Source of the DNA: an uncultured virus (IMG/VR IMGVR_UViG_3300028586_000785)
Taxonomy: Duplodnaviria > Heunggongvirae > Uroviricota > Caudoviricetes
Virus record (IMG/VR): IMGVR_UViG_3300028586_000785
Direction: 5' to 3' (one strand)
DNA: 53,150 bases
Position numbers and translations under genes: made by a program
Shown: positions 1 to 10,526 of the stretch, piece after piece
How the letters are laid out: each line of letters begins with the position of its first letter
Numbering within the stretch: the first letter of the stretch is position 1
The notes under the pieces: generated by a model
Database searches by the model: none
What the model saw: the letters and a program-made list of their open reading frames with translations, nothing else
Told to the model about the DNA's origin: nothing

Positions 1-431
1 TTCTTGACCAAGATTGCAGAGATAACCTCGTGCCGAATAAGGCTTCTGTCAAGACCACGCGGCACATGAAGACCGTTCTTTCCCATGAACGCATCATTGA
101 GTTCATTGACGTAATCATCTTCTGATGCAAGGAATACGGGGGAGGATTTACCTAGGTCGTGAATACCGGCAAGGAAGATGGCAAGGGTGCGCGCATCATC
201 ATCGCCTCCCACGGCAATCGAGACATCCCTCTTTGCTGCCTCTGGTAGGTACTCATCATATAGTCTAGATGCGACTAGAGCCGTATCAGCAAGGTGTCGG
301 TACAGGGGCATCCAGAAGGTAGTGTCCTTACCCTTCTGGGTCTTACCCCAGACCGAACGCGCCGCAATAGATAGGCTCTCAGCCTTGCGTGCTACACGGA
401 GCGCGTGCTTCTCATGGTTAGTTGGCATCAT
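1..431 (-). CDS. cas3: Cas3-type HD nuclease N-terminus (partial, runs off the window edge)
   Basis: Not in the ORF track because it has no stop. Manual translation: MMPTNHEK...SVWGKTQKGKDTTFWMPLYRHLADTALVASRLYDEYLP...FLAGIHDLGKSSPVF...IRHEVISA, matching type I-E Cas3 HD motifs (WxK, PLxxHxxD, HDxGK). Whether a helicase domain follows cannot be seen. Confidence 0.75.
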   Translation of the reverse strand, partial: MMPTNHEKHALRVARKAESLSIAARSVWGKTQKGKDTTFWMPLYRHLADTALVASRLYDEYLPEAAKRDVSIAVGGDDDARTLAIFLAGIHDLGKSSPVFLASEDDYVNELNDAFMGKNGLHVPRGLDRSLIRHEVISAILVK

Positions 432-476
432 CAGACTACGATGATAGCCACCCTTCTACTAAAAGGCAAGTTGAGG

Positions 477-1292
477 TTATGGGGCGGTGTATGCGAATAC
501 CTGAGTGCTGATGGTCTCGTTCTTTGAAAGGTCTCCCTTTTCAAGAGAACGACACTTCGCTCCAACCTTGTAGTTCGTCTTTACGCCCTTGACCTTGTAG
601 TTGTCGTCGAGGAAGTCAAGAGACTGATTGTTGGAGCTAGACCATGCACCAGATTTTGTGCTGCCGTTGCCGTAAGTAACGCGAATCTGATAAGCGGGTG
701 CGGTGGTAGGACCACATGTGACACCCGTCCATGTGAGGTTTTCAACTCCATTGGTCATCGTGATTGATGCCGGGATGCCGATGGGTGCAGCAAGCCTGTC
801 AGGCACCGTTGGCTCAACATTGGCAGGCGGCACATATCCTGGTCTACAAGTAAGTGGGAGGGTTAGCTTGGCTTTTTCGACCGCAGTAGGGTTCTCAGAA
901 GAGACGTAATATATCTTGCCGGTCTTTACCTTGCCGGACACGATGTATTCATTGTTGTAACACCACTGCACAGTTGGGTTTTCTTTGAATGAAGATGTAG
1001 AGAACGTGTATGGATACTTCCACTTCGACAGGTTGTCTAACCCGCCGTTACTTGGCACGAAGTTCTGATTCACCGTACCCTTGGCAGCAATCCAAGCCTC
1101 CTGCGCAAAAGCCATATTGACTAGCTGTGTACGGACAACATTGTCTCGCTGGTTGTTGATAATGCCAGGCGCTGTGAGAGTTCCAGCAGCAATCAAGATT
1201 GCAGAAACAGCAACAGTGATTGTTTGCATGATCGAGTTCTCCGCGCGATCAGATCGCACAGAGGGCATTAGTTTTGTAAACCAGTTAGTCAT
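477..1292 (-). CDS. pilin/pseudopilin-like membrane-anchored protein with a beta-rich C-terminal domain
   Basis: Hydrophobic N-terminal helix (IMQTITVAVSAILIAAG) followed by QLVNMAFAQEAW, reminiscent of type IV pilin alpha1. Start chosen at MTNWF. Confidence 0.4.
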   Translation of the reverse strand: MTNWFTKLMPSVRSDRAENSIMQTITVAVSAILIAAGTLTAPGIINNQRDNVVRTQLVNMAFAQEAWIAAKGTVNQNFVPSNGGLDNLSKWKYPYTFSTSSFKENPTVQWCYNNEYIVSGKVKTGKIYYVSSENPTAVEKAKLTLPLTCRPGYVPPANVEPTVPDRLAAPIGIPASITMTNGVENLTWTGVTCGPTTAPAYQIRVTYGNGSTKSGAWSSSNNQSLDFLDDNYKVKGVKTNYKVGAKCRSLEKGDLSKNETISTQVFAYTAP

Positions 1293-1403
1293 CAACTCAT
1301 CCTCGGAACCGTCGTTTTTGGGTCTGTTTTGACGACGGTCACAGTTTCGTATCACTCTACACTACCTGCTAGTATCACCCCTGTTTTATTGGTAACATCA
1401 GGC

Positions 1404-2123
1404 ATGAGCACATCAATCGTAATACTTGCAGCAGGAAAGGGAACACGCCTCGGCATGCCGTTCCCCAAGCCACTCACGCCGATTGATGATGGCAGGACCA
1501 TTCTTGGTCGGTCTTTGGATCTCATCCATAGTGAGTTTGGTCCCCGCGCCGTCAACATTGTCGTCGGATTCCAGTCCGAACGAATTGTAGAAGCGTTTCC
1601 TACCGAGCGCTACATCTATAACGAACAGTACGACCAGACGAATACATCCAAATCACTTCTCAGAGCACTACGCGCTGTTCCATCCAAAGATGGTGTGATT
1701 TGGTTCAATGGTGATGTTGTTTTTGACGAAACCCTGTTGGCACGAGTCTCTCATTTCTTGATGGAAGAGCAGTCTTTCGTTGCGGTTAATACTTCAAGCG
1801 TTGCTGACGAAGAAGTGAAGTACACGGTAGATGAGTACGGATTTATCGACAAGCTATCGAAGACGGTTCCCGTCAAGGATGCGTTGGGTGAGGCTGTTGG
1901 TATCAACTACGTGTCACCGAGAAACAAGTTGGCTCTGATGCACAACCTCAATAAGGTGGGAAACCAAGACTACTTCGAAAGAGGTATAGAGCTGGCTATC
2001 ACCACTGGAGATTCCAATTACCTACCCGTTGACATTTCTGGGTTTGGTATGGGGGCAATGGAGGTTGATTTTCAAGAGGATCTTGAACGAACCAATATCG
2101 CTCTTCGGGGTGTTACTGGTTGA
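1404..2123 (+). CDS. nucleotidyltransferase (LicC/phosphocholine cytidylyltransferase-like)
   Basis: ILAAGKGTRLG...PKPL, NGDVVFD, EVDFQEDL motifs. Confidence 0.8.
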   Translation: MSTSIVILAAGKGTRLGMPFPKPLTPIDDGRTILGRSLDLIHSEFGPRAVNIVVGFQSERIVEAFPTERYIYNEQYDQTNTSKSLLRALRAVPSKDGVIWFNGDVVFDETLLARVSHFLMEEQSFVAVNTSSVADEEVKYTVDEYGFIDKLSKTVPVKDALGEAVGINYVSPRNKLALMHNLNKVGNQDYFERGIELAITTGDSNYLPVDISGFGMGAMEVDFQEDLERTNIALRGVTG

Positions 2124-3024
2124 TGCTATTGATGACTAGTACGCCGTCATCCTTACGATAAGCCTCGTAACCCTTTGCAGCTATTTGCTCACGGGCTGTA
2201 CTTCTAACTGACTCAGACGCATCCCTCTCTGCCGCTTCGAACAGTTGGAACACCGATAAGTTGGAGTTACCAGTGATGAAATTTCTTCGTACTTCTTCAT
2301 CCGAGTGCTTCAATAGAGCGCTACGTGCATCGCGGTCAAGGTACTTACGAGACTCCGATTTGGCAAGCTCTCTGACTACGCTGATATCGTCGTCCTCTAC
2401 GAAGACCTGAGCAGCAGCATTGTCCATACCGTAGATGGACTCCATGTACTCAGTCTTTTCGGCTCTATTCATCCGAGACACCTTTTCGCGGTGCTTGTCT
2501 TTCTGCAATCCAAGCAACTCTGCTTCGAGTGTTTTGACCTTCTCCTGCTTGGCAACTAAGTCAGGTCTCGTGTTCAAGACATAAGGACCATTGGAAGACT
2601 TTTCGAGCTTTCGCTGCGCAAGTGCCAAATCGTCTCTAACCCGCTCAATTGGCGTAGTTAGGTCAGGAAGACCACTATCTTTGGCGACCTGATAGGGAAT
2701 CACAGTGCTAACAGATGAGTCGTCTGAATGGATTGCTCCCCATCTAGCCTGGCTATCACCCTCGGACAAGGCACGACGGATACCCAGAGGCTGCAATCCC
2801 TCCAGAAGTTCACCGTAGCTCTGAACGACCCCATCGTAGTTTACTAGCTTCTTCATCGATTCTGTTTCAGGAGCGATGTAGGCGTTATTCTCTGGCTCTG
2901 CGGGTCTAGCTGGGTTGATCGAAGATATCCTGTTAGACCCTTTGTTGCTGTCATCAGCCCTTTTGTGGACAGTGGTGAGCTTGCCATTCTTATCGACAAT
3001 CGGGGTGGGTATCTTCGCATTCAT
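2113..3024 (-). CDS. hypothetical protein with N-terminal IVDKNG motif and helical-repeat-like C-terminus
   Basis: Long ORF; PIVDKNGKLTTVHKR at the N-terminus. Confidence 0.7.
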   Translation of the reverse strand: MNAKIPTPIVDKNGKLTTVHKRADDSNKGSNRISSINPARPAEPENNAYIAPETESMKKLVNYDGVVQSYGELLEGLQPLGIRRALSEGDSQARWGAIHSDDSSVSTVIPYQVAKDSGLPDLTTPIERVRDDLALAQRKLEKSSNGPYVLNTRPDLVAKQEKVKTLEAELLGLQKDKHREKVSRMNRAEKTEYMESIYGMDNAAAQVFVEDDDISVVRELAKSESRKYLDRDARSALLKHSDEEVRRNFITGNSNLSVFQLFEAAERDASESVRSTAREQIAAKGYEAYRKDDGVLVINSINQ

Positions 3025-3066
3025 GGATGACCTTTCTTGAACAATACTAGCTATCGCCACTGACAG

Positions 3067-3552
3067 CTATAGAGAGTCAAGAGCAACCTTTTCGGGATTT
3101 CCAAACCTTGTGGGCGTTTCCCCGGATATCCACCGACCGGATTTGTCTGCATCAGAGTAGTAACCCCATTCGATACTGTGGTCATCAAACCATTCGGAAA
3201 GTTCTAGGAGGATTGCTGCATGCAAGTCTTTCGCCGTGCCGCCAAGCTCACTAACATATTCAGCACTGGTTGATAGTGATAGCTCCGCATAGGGAATATG
3301 CGGGTTGACGTAATCATCCTCATCATCTTCCTCAAAGAGGGGCTTTCTACCGTCATCTTCGCCAAACTCTATACTTATCTGTACCGGCAGCGTGTCATCA
3401 TTACGGAAGTACATCTCGGTTCCGTAGTCAACCTGCTCTAAACTCGGGTCAATATGAACCACTTCGCGAGCCTTCTCAAACAAAGCTGATGCGGAGACTT
3501 TGGACTCTACAGAGATGGTGGTGCTATGTCGGGCTACTTGGTTCATATCCAT
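3067..3552 (-). CDS. hypothetical protein
   Basis: 161-aa acidic ORF. Confidence 0.6.
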   Translation of the reverse strand: MDMNQVARHSTTISVESKVSASALFEKAREVVHIDPSLEQVDYGTEMYFRNDDTLPVQISIEFGEDDGRKPLFEEDDEDDYVNPHIPYAELSLSTSAEYVSELGGTAKDLHAAILLELSEWFDDHSIEWGYYSDADKSGRWISGETPTRFGNPEKVALDSL

Positions 3553-3638
3553 GATGGTACAACCCGATTCTACCTATTTTGATGAAATCGCAGGGTATCG
3601 TTGCTACCGCAATACCGATTTTTAGGAACGAGTGAGCA

Positions 3639-4889
3639 ATGGCAAGGAACGAAGACCCGTTCGCAGACCCCTCAGTAGGTAATGGACAGCCTAACCAGTA
3701 CGAAATAGACCTTTCGTCTTTGCCTAGAAACGCAGTCGAGGATAATAGCCCCGAAGACCCAGAATGGGATCTGAATGCGACTGAGCTACCTCGACGTGCC
3801 GCATCTGATACGTCTCCTGAATACGCGGAGGAACCCGAGCAACCAGCACCAAGCCGTCCTGAAAGATTCGACCCAGAAAGTTCGAACGAAAGAGAATCCG
3901 GTAGACCCGAAAGACCTGGACGTACAGAACGACCTCCTAGAAGGGGACCAATGCCTTTCGAAGACAGAGAAGACGATGAAGAGGTTGACGATGAAGACTC
4001 TGATCAACCTGATGATTCCGATTCAACCTCAAAATTTGCCTTCCTGAGTAGATTGAACCCCAAGCCGCTAGTTGACAAGTTCCAAGGTCTTGACAAGAAG
4101 AAGAAAATCATGGTTGCTGGCGCTGCGGTCATTCTCTTGATCATCATCATTGTCATCATCGTCAGTGCAGTTGGTTCTATAGCGTCGGCTCTGTCGGGGG
4201 ATAACTCTAAGGATGATGAAAAGCCAAAGCCTTCGGCATCAGCATCAGTTGATCCCACCGCAGAGCCTTCAGCCAAGCCAGTACCAGAAGACACTAATAC
4301 ATGGGAACCTTCTCTTGCTGTCAAGGTGGGAGAAACCGGAGTGACTATTGATGGTGTGGAGATGACTGCACAATCAGTCAAGTGTGATGTTGCTGTTTCC
4401 GATAGCAACGGTGCACCATTAGAGTCAAAGGGTGGCGCATGGTGCCAACTTGATTTTGATGCAAAGAACATCTCTAACTCCGTCATTACGCTCAACTCAC
4501 AGAGGTTCTCACTGACTGCCACAGATGGCACGGTCTATACAGGCAATGGAGATTACGCCGATATTGGAGGAAACGTCATTGCTAAGCTTGCTTCCGATGA
4601 GTCGCTCTCAGGCTCTGTCTACTTTGCAGTACCAACAGCAACCAAGGCAGCTAGTGTTCAGATGTCTACATTCGGTAATGCTGGTGGCGGACCTATCGTC
4701 GTTAGCGTCAGCGATGCGGTCGCACCAGCGCCTGTCCCAGCCCCCGAGCCAGCGCCAAGCACGCCTACAGAAGAAGCGCCTTCCGAAGAGCCAGAAGGCA
4801 CTTCACCATCTGAAGATACATCTGAAGATACATCTGAAGAAGATGGTTCGTCAGAAAGTGGATGTTCGTTCTTGGTTTCATGTAAGTGA
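3639..4889 (+). CDS. single-pass membrane protein with DUF4352-like extracellular domain
   Basis: Disordered acidic N-terminus, TM segment IMVAGAAVILLIIIIVIIVS, Ig-like domain ending GSVYFAVP. Confidence 0.65.
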   Translation: MARNEDPFADPSVGNGQPNQYEIDLSSLPRNAVEDNSPEDPEWDLNATELPRRAASDTSPEYAEEPEQPAPSRPERFDPESSNERESGRPERPGRTERPPRRGPMPFEDREDDEEVDDEDSDQPDDSDSTSKFAFLSRLNPKPLVDKFQGLDKKKKIMVAGAAVILLIIIIVIIVSAVGSIASALSGDNSKDDEKPKPSASASVDPTAEPSAKPVPEDTNTWEPSLAVKVGETGVTIDGVEMTAQSVKCDVAVSDSNGAPLESKGGAWCQLDFDAKNISNSVITLNSQRFSLTATDGTVYTGNGDYADIGGNVIAKLASDESLSGSVYFAVPTATKAASVQMSTFGNAGGGPIVVSVSDAVAPAPVPAPEPAPSTPTEEAPSEEPEGTSPSEDTSEDTSEEDGSSESGCSFLVSCK

Positions 4890-4960
4890 TAGCCCATACA
4901 GGTTTTCCTCAGAATGGTCGGGTATGCTTCAACCGAAGTAGGATTGGGTAAATAGGCATC

Positions 4961-5641
4961 ATGTGGGTAGTTGATAAGTCCTCACCAGAGGAACTAATAT
5001 GGGATGGTCACTCCCATAGAGGTGAAAGAACCTCGGTCAAGAATGCGCTCCGCGAAGAAAAGCGAGCTAGGCATCGCTACGACATTCAAGATGCCGTAGA
5101 CCAGGCTGGTATCACTATCAAGGTGAACAGAGAGCTAAAACAGCTTGAGTCTAAGCTGCTAGAGCACGAAGTTGTTCTCGCTGTTCTGCCCGCAACACAC
5201 AGCGACGAACGAGGGCTACTAGTAGCTACTAACAGTCGCATCATGTTTGTGTTCTTGGGCTGGGTCAATAGAACCGAACTCGTCTATGACTACAGATCCA
5301 TCTCACACATGCGGTGGCTTGGAGGCTTCATAATGGGACGGATGCGTGCTTACGTCTTTGGCACTCAGTCCAGTATCAAGTTCACCCAGGTGTGGAATCC
5401 TGTAGGCAAGAAATTCGTTCACATCGTGAACAGTAGAACAGAGTCCATTAGCAATGTCACGCGAAGTGAGTTTGAATACAACAAGATAGCTCGCTCTACA
5501 AAGGCTACGGAATATCAAGTCAGACCTAACGATCTGCTTGCAAATGAGGTCGTAGAGCTTGACAGTCAGTTTGAGCTTGGACTCATTGAGAAGGATGTCT
5601 ACCTATCAAGCAAGTTAGACCTACTCAAGAGGATGACATAG
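4961..5641 (+). CDS. bacterial PH-domain protein
   Basis: E.VLAVL...GLLVATNSRIMFV...YRSI pattern typical of bPH domains; SHOCT-like C-terminal helix. Confidence 0.6.
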   Translation: MWVVDKSSPEELIWDGHSHRGERTSVKNALREEKRARHRYDIQDAVDQAGITIKVNRELKQLESKLLEHEVVLAVLPATHSDERGLLVATNSRIMFVFLGWVNRTELVYDYRSISHMRWLGGFIMGRMRAYVFGTQSSIKFTQVWNPVGKKFVHIVNSRTESISNVTRSEFEYNKIARSTKATEYQVRPNDLLANEVVELDSQFELGLIEKDVYLSSKLDLLKRMT

Positions 5642-5643
5642 AG

Positions 5644-5674
5644 AAACCCCCGGTAGATAACTACCGGGGGTTTT
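5644..5674 (+). terminator. intrinsic terminator (probably bidirectional)
   Basis: AAACCCCCGGTAG-ATAA-CTACCGGGGGTTTT. Confidence 0.7.
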
Positions 5675-5837
5675 CTTATGAGCCGATTGTCGGGTCTAGC
5701 AAATCACCATTGACGTAGGGGAACACATAAAGAACTAGCAATGCCACCACAACACTAGCTAGCACTAATAGTTGGACCACTTTTGCCCATCGAGGGCCAG
5801 GAAGTACTCTAAAAAGTGCACTGTACAAGGTTGCCCC

Positions 5838-6215
5838 TTAGCGGTAAACCAAGGTTGAGGCGGTGCTGTTCTCTTCTCTATCCACCGAATTACGAAGAGC
5901 AACTCCGAAGCGACCCTCGTTGTTATCCGAAATGAGATTGAGGACATACTTACTGGCGAGGATGGTATTGAGGCTAGCTGCAAGGTAAGCCTCCATCTTC
6001 TCTACAGCCTCACTGTGAAGGTCTCCACGACCTGCTACAGACTTATTGGTGTCATTCTGGTAAACGCTGTTTAGACGAACGAAGTACTCAGTCCAATCGC
6101 TTTCCGGATTAAGACCATAAGAGAAGGTCACCTCGCTTGCATTCGGCAACTGCGAGCACACGAATAGATCGATTGCGTTCACAATTTTGTCTGCCTGTAC
6201 TTGGTTCTTGGACAT
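5838..6215 (-). CDS. hypothetical protein
   Basis: 125-aa ORF with purine-rich RBS. Confidence 0.55.
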   Translation of the reverse strand: MSKNQVQADKIVNAIDLFVCSQLPNASEVTFSYGLNPESDWTEYFVRLNSVYQNDTNKSVAGRGDLHSEAVEKMEAYLAASLNTILASKYVLNLISDNNEGRFGVALRNSVDREENSTASTLVYR

Positions 6216-6282
6216 CTGTTCTTCTTTCGTTTCCGTCTTGGTGAAAAGCTACCACGAATTACACCGCACTAGGCTCTAGTTG

Positions 6283-7452
6283 TCAAGACCTTTTGATTCT
6301 TTGTGCAATCAGTTCTAGGTAGGAGTCAAAGGCTTCGATACCAATGCTATGACGACCTTCCAGCCTAGCCGCTTCGACTGTAGTCCCAGACCCGAGAAAT
6401 GGGTCGAGTACGACCCCATCTACGGGTGTTACAAGCCTCACCAACCACCTCATCAGTTCAAGCGGTTTGACGGACACATGAGTGCTTCCGTCATCGAGTA
6501 GAGGCTTCTCTTTCTTGGCTGCCTTCTTGTGATACAGGAATGCAGGGAAGTACTTCGATGTGACCTGCTGCACGGTTGATTTGGTGCTGGATTCAGTGGC
6601 TAGTTGGCTCACTGCGCAACCTTCTACGCAATCGTAGACAGGAACTGGGAACTTGATCACCTCGGTGGTGTACCTAGGCTTCTGTTCCTGACCGAATCCG
6701 CTCCAACCCTCTGTTCGATTGCGAACAAAAGAGTCGTCAGTAGTCCCAGACTGGATGCAGTGTTCTGAATGAGACAGTACGAAGTTTGGTGTCCATCTGC
6801 CCATAGGCTGTCCGTAGCTATCACGTTCAGCAGAACCCACTCGTGTCGCATCGATGTTGAAAACACCAGTGCCAAACTCTGCGATGTTCGATGTGATGTT
6901 TTTAGCCAGAATGGGCTTCTGTGCCACGATGATGGGTTCAAAACTTGGCTTCATTGCCGTTCCAGCGCCAGACCAGTCCTGATTGAGGTTATGGTTCTCT
7001 GGACTTGCTTCCAGTGCCTTAGCTGTCTCTTTGGCTACATTCATTGACTTGGGGAAGCCTTGACTAAACACCCACCCAATACCATCCTTGATGTCGAATC
7101 CAGCAAGCCTGATTGACATACCCATCAAATCCTGAGTGCGTGCACCAGCGAAAGCCAATACAAATCCTCCGGGCTTGAGAACCCTGAAGCACTCAGACCA
7201 TAGTGCGGGCGGTGGTACAAACTTATCCCACTCCATACCCATGAACCCCTTGCCCAAAGAAGGAATGAACTCTGTGTCTCCTGTTACCCAAGCGCGCAAC
7301 GCATCCGTCACCTTGCTGCTGGCAAGCTCTGTGAGGGCATATGGCGGGTCTGTAACAACAGAGTCCACCGAGTTATCCGGAAGGATTTTCAGCGCCTCTA
7401 ACGCCATTCCGTGAAACACGACAGTCTTTTCGTCGCGATAGTTTTCTTGCAT
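6283..7452 (-). CDS. DNA N6-adenine/N4-cytosine methyltransferase (beta class)
   Basis: VVTDPPY catalytic motif precedes H.SVKP and VLDPFLGSGTT SAM-binding motif. Confidence 0.9.
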   Translation of the reverse strand: MQENYRDEKTVVFHGMALEALKILPDNSVDSVVTDPPYALTELASSKVTDALRAWVTGDTEFIPSLGKGFMGMEWDKFVPPPALWSECFRVLKPGGFVLAFAGARTQDLMGMSIRLAGFDIKDGIGWVFSQGFPKSMNVAKETAKALEASPENHNLNQDWSGAGTAMKPSFEPIIVAQKPILAKNITSNIAEFGTGVFNIDATRVGSAERDSYGQPMGRWTPNFVLSHSEHCIQSGTTDDSFVRNRTEGWSGFGQEQKPRYTTEVIKFPVPVYDCVEGCAVSQLATESSTKSTVQQVTSKYFPAFLYHKKAAKKEKPLLDDGSTHVSVKPLELMRWLVRLVTPVDGVVLDPFLGSGTTVEAARLEGRHSIGIEAFDSYLELIAQRIKRS

Positions 7453-7565
7453 TTGAGAGTCTCTTTCAGTACCTCGGAACGATATCACCAGTAGTTTCAC
7501 GATGTGGGATTTCAAGCAAAACAGCGTGCTAGCATGACCCCACTTCAACAAGAAAGGTTGACCTT

Positions 7566-8282
7566 ATGTCTTCTCGCTTTACCATCCAAACGAGGAAGTT
7601 CCTTGGACTACTCGACGATCTTCTCATTACCGCTGGCAATATTCCTGACGATGAGACATTCAACGGAATCCACATCAGTTCCGCTCGTGGTCCGTGGGAA
7701 GAAGAGCCTGGTGATACTGACCTCATTGTCGGTATCTCTGGAAACGGTGAGGTTGTAGGAAACACATGGCTTCCTGGAATTGGTAGCATCGAGGCTGGTT
7801 TCTGGTCCAATGTCAACGTCAAGAACATCAAATATGTCTTCACTCCGCTTGCAAAGAAGCATGACAAGGACAACGCTGACGACCCCCACCACGTCACGAT
7901 TGTGGTGGACAATGGATTCATCACCATCATCGAAGAAACTGCCGATGAGCCTACCGAGCTTCAGTTCCCCGTCGAAGACAATGACTTCCCTCTCGAAGGA
8001 GTATCCAAGTGGATCACCGGTCAGTCTTCCGTCAATGCACCCAGGGACAAGAACAACGAGCCAGGAGAAGACGGCGCGTTGACCGTCTGGACACCCGCAC
8101 TCGGTCTAGTCCTTTCGGTAGCTAAGCGTCGTAAGCAGTTCCTTCGCCTTTACAGGGGCGACCACGCCGCTAAGATCTACCTGGCTCAGATTGGAGACAC
8201 GTGGCGAGGTGCCATCAAGCCACACGTTCCTGAGATTGGAACGATGGATGTAGATCAGCCCGATTCGGATCTGTTCCTCTAA
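7566..8282 (+). CDS. hypothetical protein
   Basis: 238-aa ORF with RBS GAAAGG and strong codon bias. Confidence 0.7.
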   Translation: MSSRFTIQTRKFLGLLDDLLITAGNIPDDETFNGIHISSARGPWEEEPGDTDLIVGISGNGEVVGNTWLPGIGSIEAGFWSNVNVKNIKYVFTPLAKKHDKDNADDPHHVTIVVDNGFITIIEETADEPTELQFPVEDNDFPLEGVSKWITGQSSVNAPRDKNNEPGEDGALTVWTPALGLVLSVAKRRKQFLRLYRGDHAAKIYLAQIGDTWRGAIKPHVPEIGTMDVDQPDSDLFL

Positions 8283-8291
8283 TCCACAAGA

Positions 8292-8327
8292 AAGAAGGGG
8301 TTGTGCTATTGAGCACAACCCCTTCTT
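8292..8327. terminator. bidirectional intrinsic terminator
   Basis: AAGAAGGGGTTGTGCT-ATTG-AGCACAACCCCTTCTT between convergent genes. Confidence 0.7.
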
Positions 8328-8789
8328 CTATTCAAGCCGCATTGCGACGTATCTATCTGCCGACTCTTGGTTGACCACCCTCAGTCTCTTGGCGGAGCCA
8401 AAAGCGCCGAGTGAGTAGAACATCTCGGCTAGCCGATCTGAAACGATATCCAGTCGGTCCAGTTGATCATCTTGGGAGTCGCAATCCGAAACGATGTCGC
8501 CACTGTTCATAACGACCGAACGATTAGTGATGTACAGGTCACCTGAGTTTATCTCGAAGTCGAACCTGAACTCTACAGCGCCCTTGAACTCTTTCCGGAT
8601 GAGCCTGACTGTTTGCTTATCTTCTGTGTCGGGGAATGATACATAGTCTAGGTCTGGCTTTGTCTTTGGTGCCTTGCTGCCTACTGCGGTGACTCTTTTT
8701 GCAGCGGTGCTAGACCCAGTAGACTTCTTGCGCACCGTGTTTCTTTTGCCGTTTTTGTCGATGATCTCTACGGGTTGTACTACAGACAT
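8328..8789 (-). CDS. hypothetical protein with N-terminal IIDKNG motif
   Basis: MSVVQPVEIIDKNGKRNTVRKK. Confidence 0.7.
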   Translation of the reverse strand: MSVVQPVEIIDKNGKRNTVRKKSTGSSTAAKRVTAVGSKAPKTKPDLDYVSFPDTEDKQTVRLIRKEFKGAVEFRFDFEINSGDLYITNRSVVMNSGDIVSDCDSQDDQLDRLDIVSDRLAEMFYSLGAFGSAKRLRVVNQESADRYVAMRLE

Positions 8790-8902
8790 TGATACTAGCC
8801 TTTCGATGCTACACACTATCGTAGCTTGTAGCTCTGACGGCGAATCTTAAAACAAGAACGCCCCTAAGTCAAGTTGCAACTTAGGGGCGTTCTACGAACT
8901 GT

Positions 8903-9322
8903 TTAGCTGAATGCGCTGGTGGCTGCGGCAGCCTTCTTGTTGAAGTCCATATCAGGGTCGTTGAAGTCGAGCTTATTGGTCTTCTTGAAAGAGATGTTCG
9001 GGATGCTCACTGCATCGGAATCGCTGTCAACAACAGTAGCCTTGAAGTGGTACTTATTGAACATCTCAAGATCGACATTTACGTCCTTAGGCTTTCCTGC
9101 TAGCTCAGCGACCATCAGTCGGTGAGACGGGAAGTCATCGGACTCATAAGTACCAAAAGGTGTGAACTCGCTCGTGGATTCATCACGAAGCATCTGCCAG
9201 AACCTGTTAGCACGTCGGACAGGCACCATTACGCGCACCATAACTGCCGTAGAGTCGTCACTGTTTTGCGGGAAGGCTCCCGGCTGGCTGGTGGGTTCGC
9301 TAGTGTTTACTAGAAGTGTCAT
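8903..9322 (-). CDS. hypothetical protein
   Basis: 139-aa ORF, RBS GGAAGG, terminator downstream. Confidence 0.6.
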   Translation of the reverse strand: MTLLVNTSEPTSQPGAFPQNSDDSTAVMVRVMVPVRRANRFWQMLRDESTSEFTPFGTYESDDFPSHRLMVAELAGKPKDVNVDLEMFNKYHFKATVVDSDSDAVSIPNISFKKTNKLDFNDPDMDFNKKAAAATSAFS

Positions 9323-9510
9323 TTTGGTACCTTCCTGTACTTTGAGCTACATTAGCACAGCCCACTGACCTTTGTCCAGTGAAAGCATCAGCTTTAGGGT
9401 GGCTATATCTCGATGTAGAGCTTGTTTTGGGGATACAATTATAGAGGACGGAATGGTCCTTTCCCAAACAAAACCCCTGTTGAGACAATGAAGTCCAACA
9501 GGGGTTTTTG

Positions 9511-9990
9511 TTACGCGATGTCTGCGTATAAGAAGTCTTCCTCATGGGATATCTTGTTCTTCTTACGGAAGATCATGAGTGTATCTTCGATACTACGACC
9601 GACTGTAAGAGCATCAACAATGAGTTCATCATCCATGACACCTGCTGATTGGTACTTAGCAAATGGCACTAGCGAGATGTCTTCTGACAAGATGTAGTGG
9701 AACCTATCTTCGTTACCGCCGAGAAGTGCAAACCATGCAGCACAGTCAAATTCGGTGATGCCAAAGTTGAGGCTTGATTCTGCTCGCTCTCGAAGAGACT
9801 GTCTTCCTGATACGCCCAAGGACTTATTGCGAGCGACAAGCATTCGTCTGAAATTGTTGAGACCTAGATACTCACTATCGGTGAGATTCCTTCCTCGTGA
9901 CTCAAAAGCTCTTTTGAGTCCTATCTGTTCCATTTTGAGATGTTCTCTGCGGGATACAGCGTGTGGTTGAGAGGATGGTCTTCTTGGCAA
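9511..9990 (-). CDS. hypothetical protein
   Basis: 159-aa ORF with GGAG RBS and TTG start. Confidence 0.55.
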   Translation of the reverse strand: MPRRPSSQPHAVSRREHLKMEQIGLKRAFESRGRNLTDSEYLGLNNFRRMLVARNKSLGVSGRQSLRERAESSLNFGITEFDCAAWFALLGGNEDRFHYILSEDISLVPFAKYQSAGVMDDELIVDALTVGRSIEDTLMIFRKKNKISHEEDFLYADIA

Positions 9991-10111
9991 TTCAACTCCA
10001 GGTTTTGATGTTCAATAGAGGTGAGGCTGTCCTGACAGTTGTGGGTCCGGCTTTACTTCCCTGTTCATCGCAGGTACTACCAAGACCCACAACCGAGATC
10101 AGGATCACCTC

Positions 10112-10387
10112 TTAGTTAGCAGCGAGAACGGCGTTGATACGGTCAGGGTTGAATCCCGACCAGTGATCAATGATGGTTCCTTCTTGGTCATATACGAGCA
10201 CGACAGGGGCGGAAGCGTAGCCAACGGAAGCCGCAAGCGAGATTGCCTCATCGTGATTGATAGCACTGTCAACGATTGTTAGGTCATAAGAACCAAACTT
10301 ACGAAGAGTAGCCTTGCAGGGCTGGCAACTCGGGCGAGTAATTACCTTGACTTCTGCGATTGTGGTCTTGTCCAATACGATGCTCAT
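10112..10387 (-). CDS. nrdH: NrdH-like glutaredoxin
   Basis: CQPC, SAPVV and HWSGFNPDRI motifs; AAGGAG RBS. Confidence 0.8.
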   Translation of the reverse strand: MSIVLDKTTIAEVKVITRPSCQPCKATLRKFGSYDLTIVDSAINHDEAISLAASVGYASAPVVLVYDQEGTIIDHWSGFNPDRINAVLAAN

Positions 10388-10526
10388 AGACTCTCCTTGT
10401 AGGTCTTTCTTATCAGTCCGAGCGGTGTAGAAATCCCTCGGTGTAATGTAGGTCAATACTGTCATAGTCGAATGACACCGGAATCGGTTTTGATCTATTG
10501 CTATGAAGAAGTTTAGTGCTAGCGTT

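Noticed and set aside
178..444. 88-aa plus-strand ORF
   Set aside because: Antisense to the Cas3-HD reading frame, which has convincing motifs.
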